From NCBI RefSeq assembly GCF_006345805.1, contig NC_042999.1, forward strand, positions 101,618,001 through 101,682,000: a stretch of 64,000 nucleotides of DNA. Direction: 5' to 3'. Below, one piece after another: positions 59,711-64,000 of this stretch. The notes beneath the pieces were generated by a model. The model did no database searches. It was not told where the DNA came from and saw only the letters and a list, made by a program, of their open reading frames with translations. Made by a program: the position numbers and the translations under genes. How positions within the stretch are numbered: position 1 is the first letter of the stretch; each line of letters opens with the position of its first letter. The stretch comes from Octopus sinensis (taxonomy: Eukaryota).

Positions 59711-62366
59711 CTCCTCCATAATCACTTATGTAAAGAGAAATTTCCTTTTCATTTGTTAACATTCTGGTTAATATTGGTTCAAATATTTTTTTCTGATTAT
59801 GTAACAGAATTGGAGAATTATACTACTTGTTTTTAAAACAATATAATGTTCCCAACAGTTACTATTGTTTCTAATCTTACTGTTATTGTTGTACTTAGAG
59901 CTTCACCTGCAAATAGACCTGGTATGACTGGTTTTCTTTCCATATGTACATTGAAAGCTTACTCAACAAAATACTTTATTTCCTGCTTCCCTGAGAAACA
60001 TTTATCATGGAGATGCAATGGCTGTGAAATACCAACCCAAGTTCACTTTAAAACAGGATGTTTGCATTATAAACTATGAGCCGGAAACTGCCCCTGGTTC
60101 TATGATACAAACTTCTTGTTTTAAAGTGATCTAAATTAAAACCTTCCCTTCAAAGTCTGATGTTACTTTGTATTCCAAACACCAGATGAATAATGACATA
60201 TTTTACATATTTCTTCACTATTTTCAAAATTGACTGAAACAAAGGCAGTGTATTTCAATAGAAAATTGGTAGAAAGGGTTAAAGTGCTACACCCACTGAC
60301 CCATATCATGTGTGCAAACCTTACTACTACAACTATTGTATTGTTCCCCAGAATAAGGCGTCTTATAGTGGAACACTAGGTAATGTGATCTTGAATCTAG
60401 TGTAATATTGGAAAAAGACTATATAATTAAAACTAGAATGTTTTTAGTCAAGCCTGCCAATCAAGATTCATCTGGGCTGAACAACAACTTCATTTTACCT
60501 GACTGCTAGAATAAAACATAAAAAGCTACTCTATTCCCCATTTCCTTGTTGACCAGTTAGTCATAGGAAGATTATTCAGATGTAAAAACATTTACTCCAA
60601 CAAGTAAATCAGGTCATCCATGCTAACACGGGAAAATGGGCGTTAAGCAGTCAAAAAGGAAATATCTTGTTTACTTAAGTATTGCAGATTTCTGACCAAA
60701 AATGTTTAAGACAGTAGAATAGGATCTAAGAGGGATATAGCTTCTTTTTCTAGCAGCGTGAGTAATTATACAGGCTTCTACATTAGCTCATTTTACTTGT
60801 TTTATGGGGCAGTGGAAATGATTTAAACTAGAGACATCATCATGTGTAGTCCAGTACTTTTTTTTGTTTTTCATTCAAATCCCATGAAAATCAAATTTCA
60901 GTCTTGAGTCTGTAAAATAAGGTTCCTATCATTGTACTATAATTGATTCAATTCACTATACCATTCCTCTTCAGAAAACTGCTATTTTGTATCCATGTAG
61001 ACGGTGAAAATGACCAAGGGTATAAAGCACCAAACTTAGTTCCATTGCCATTAGATTCTGAGTTCAGATGTTGTTGAATAAGATTGGATTTAATACCTTT
61101 TGTCCTTCTGTGGCCCCAGTAGAATAAATATTTGTGATATACTGGTGTGAATCTCTTTTCCATAAGTTGGCTTTGATCCAAGTTGCAAAACAAGAAATCG
61201 GTATTGTGTCAGGTATGACATTTAAGGATTTACTCAATCATCTTTAATAATCCATGACATTTTTCCCTCTGGAAATCTTTATTGAAACTTGAAGATATTA
61301 TGTTTTAAACCTGATTAATGTTTGCTTATATAAATTTATAAGCAAATGCTTTTAATCATAGGTTTGTTCAATCGTAGACGACCTAAAGCTAACTAACTAC
61401 TAACTTACCATATGAGGAGCAAAATTTGTCCTCACAACAAACTCCAACCCTCAGTCCCTACCACTGCATTTTTAACCACTCATAAACACCCAAACACATT
61501 TACAGTACCATTTTACCAACACTATCTCTCCTATTCAATTCAGACAAACATTGAAAAAAAACCCTCAAAACAAGTAGTAGCATAAATGTGATCATTAATC
61601 CCTAAACACTATAGTAGAATGTTCAGCTTTAATAAGTGAAGAGGAACAGTAACTGTCATGTTTTGGCAGAGTTCACCTTTTCTGCTTCTGCTGTGGCCAT
61701 CTCCAAAACTTACAGCTATACAGAAAGTGACTGGACAGTGGAGACAGTGTAATATGTCTAAAGTGTAGCATTGCATCCCATACAATTAACAATTGCATGT
61801 TGGAGTATATAGTCTAGTCTTCAGCTAAGTGAAAGCATGATATATATGGAATAAAAAATCTGTGAACTGCACTTATTCATTCAACTATCTGCCTGTCATA
61901 TATATATATACATCCTTGATCAAATCTTATGACCTGTAGATACACAACAACAACAACAACCATCTTATTATGTAGGTTAGCCTTAGGTTTTTTTAGATAG
62001 ATTATCTGCTATTCACCCTCTTGGTCATACTGCACTGAGTGAAGAGATACAGCATTAAGTAGTGAGGACCTTTCACTCTTACAGGGTAGAAGGCACCACC
62101 AGCAGTGTTGGTGCCATGTTAAAAATGCACCTAGTACAATCTGTAAAGTGGTTGGTGATAGGACGGGCATCTAACTGTAGAAACCAAGTCCAAAAAGTAA
62201 CGTGCAAATAAGATATGGTTTTCCATTGCATCTAATTGGGAAGTAACTACAAATAAAAATTGACTTGGACCACAATAAATTGTCTCTGTAACAAATCAAA
62301 GTTTAATGTTTTCATTCCGTTGCTGGCTGACTTACCTTAACATTTCTTTCCTTTGGTCTCTTTTAG

Positions 62367-62481
62367 GTTGCTTATGGAACCCTCACCGAGAACTTCTGTG
62401 CATCCTCAGTCGAGAACAAATTCGTTTTTTCTACAGACATGGGAAAATTCGTGGTGTATACTCCATTCCACCTTTAGAGAG
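62367..62481 (+). CDS. WDCP: WDCP coding exon 4
   Basis: Acceptor CTTTGGTCTCTTTTAG, donor GTAAAT. Reads (G)CLWNPHRELLCILSREQIRFFYRHGKIRGVYSIPPLE, in phase. Confidence 0.9.
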
Positions 62482-62920
62482 GTAAATACATTTTAAATCA
62501 TGGTTTTTGTACTGTTGTAGTTCCAAACTGACTCCTCACTTTGTTCCAATTCTTCTAGTACAGTCATATCAAAGCACTCTCTCATTCAACTATCTATCTA
62601 CTTAATTGCCCATATACCTATCTATCTTTTCATCTACTCATCTATCTATCTATCCATGTTAGTGTTACAGATGCTATCTATCCTGAGTCAAAGACATTCT
62701 AACTCTGGCCATCCCATCTTTTTTCCAGCCATAATGCATGTAGGACTACATTATTCTATGTCTTTATCTTTTTGGATAGTAGGGTTGAGAGTTGAAAGAA
62801 TCTAGCTGTTATTTCTAGTAAGTTGAGCAACCAAATGGATCTCTATTGAATTGTTGTAGTTGTTAAGGACGATGTACAGTTTTTCAAAATTACTGATTTT
62901 TCTTCAATCTCTTTTAACAG

Positions 62921-62993
62921 TGGCAAAATCAGTTGTGGTGCCTGGTCTGAAGATGGCTTAAAGCTAGTTGTTTGCGTTGGTTCTGCTATTTTG
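62921..62993 (+). CDS. WDCP: WDCP coding exon 5 (gene continues beyond the window)
   Basis: Acceptor CTCTTTTAACAG, donor GTAAGT. Reads (S)GKISCGAWSEDGLKLVVCVGSAIL, matching WDCP GRIHCACWTQDGLRLVVAVGSSL. Confidence 0.92.
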
Positions 62994-63704
62994 GTAAGTC
63001 TATGTTTCTAACTACCTATCTTGTTCAAATTTTTACATATAATATTATCTAGTTCATTTTCATTGCCAGATCTGTACTATGTTATCTGTGTTGTTTGCAA
63101 AAACATTTAATTCTTAATGACTCATTTTACCTAATCATTAATTAATAGAACTTACTTTAGCAAACACTGCTGTAACGTTGTGCAGTGCAACTGAGGAATT
63201 TCTTCCACTCCATCAATCTTTTTAGATGAAAACATTTTTTTTTGTCTTTGGTCAGTAAATGTTATTTCCTATTTGACTTCTATTCCCTTCAAACTTTGCT
63301 TTTATAACCTGGGCATCAATGTTTTGAAACTGACCTATTTTCCATTATATTTCAGACAGATTCAGCACTAAGTTGCTGAAACAGAAATATTGTTATAGAA
63401 AATATTCCACTCAATACTACAATACCACGAATTTGCTTTGTTAGTTGCTTAACCTTAACAACTTGAGCATGTCCCTTAGTAGCTGGCAATATGTGCATCT
63501 CTGATCATAAGTAGGAGTAGTGAAGGAGCATCATAGTCATGTATTGAGAGGGATTCTTTGGGGTTTGAATAAATGTAACAAAAGCAAAGTCTGAAAGAAA
63601 TATTAGCCATTTTTCATACTTTCTAGGGGTAAGCAAATAGGAAATAACAGTTGCTGCCCAAAAACAAAAATCATGTTACACAGTGCAATGAATGGTAGGG
63701 ATGC

Positions 63705-64000
63705 ATGCATGGCTGTCTGGTTAAGGAGCTCACTTTGTAACCACATTGTTTCTGGTTCAGCGAGGATCTTCTATTAAAGCTTTGGACCAATGAATGCCTT
63801 GTGAATGAATTTGGTTGACAGAAATGTTGTGGAAGCCAGATGTATTTATGCATGTGTGTTTTTGTGTTTGTCTTCCACCACTGTTTTGGCAATCAATATT
63901 GGTTTGTTTAAGTCCCTGTGACTTAGCAGTTCGGCAAAAGAGATAAATAAAATAAGTATCAAACCTAAAAATAAGTACTGGGCTCAATTTGTTCAACTAA
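63705..64000 (+). mobile_element. SINE family B (runs off the window)
   Basis: Family B head and body. Confidence 0.7.

Overview
AT-rich, repeat-dense eukaryotic genomic DNA. The SINE, RTE and Penelope repeat families look like those of coleoid cephalopods (Octopus-like); this is an inference. Two host genes are visible, both on +. (1) A 3'-terminal coding exon at 2687-3552, probably URB1. (2) The first five coding exons (174 codons) of a WDCP/C2orf44 homologue: 6277-6331, 35582-35699, 40748-40908, 62367-62481 and 62921-62993, with 29-kb and 21-kb introns. The rest is mobile DNA: an internally deleted piggyBac, a decayed IR/DR-type Tc1, hAT, piggyBac and mariner MITEs, RTE/CR1/L1-Tx1 LINE fragments, SINE trains, microsatellites and a 1.62-kb tandem duplication. 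The most striking structure is a ~1.9-kb near-perfect palindrome in WDCP intron 3 (45960-47843). It is a head-to-head, 5'-truncated Penelope-like element: a GIY-YIG C-terminal remnant plus a 3' UTR, with an apparently intact type I hammerhead ribozyme in each arm. A second, small element at 25393-25738 has the same head-to-head layout but joins a tRNA-derived Pol III head to a hammerhead, making it a candidate Penelope-mobilised ribozyme SINE. All folds and homologies were assigned by eye, without searches.
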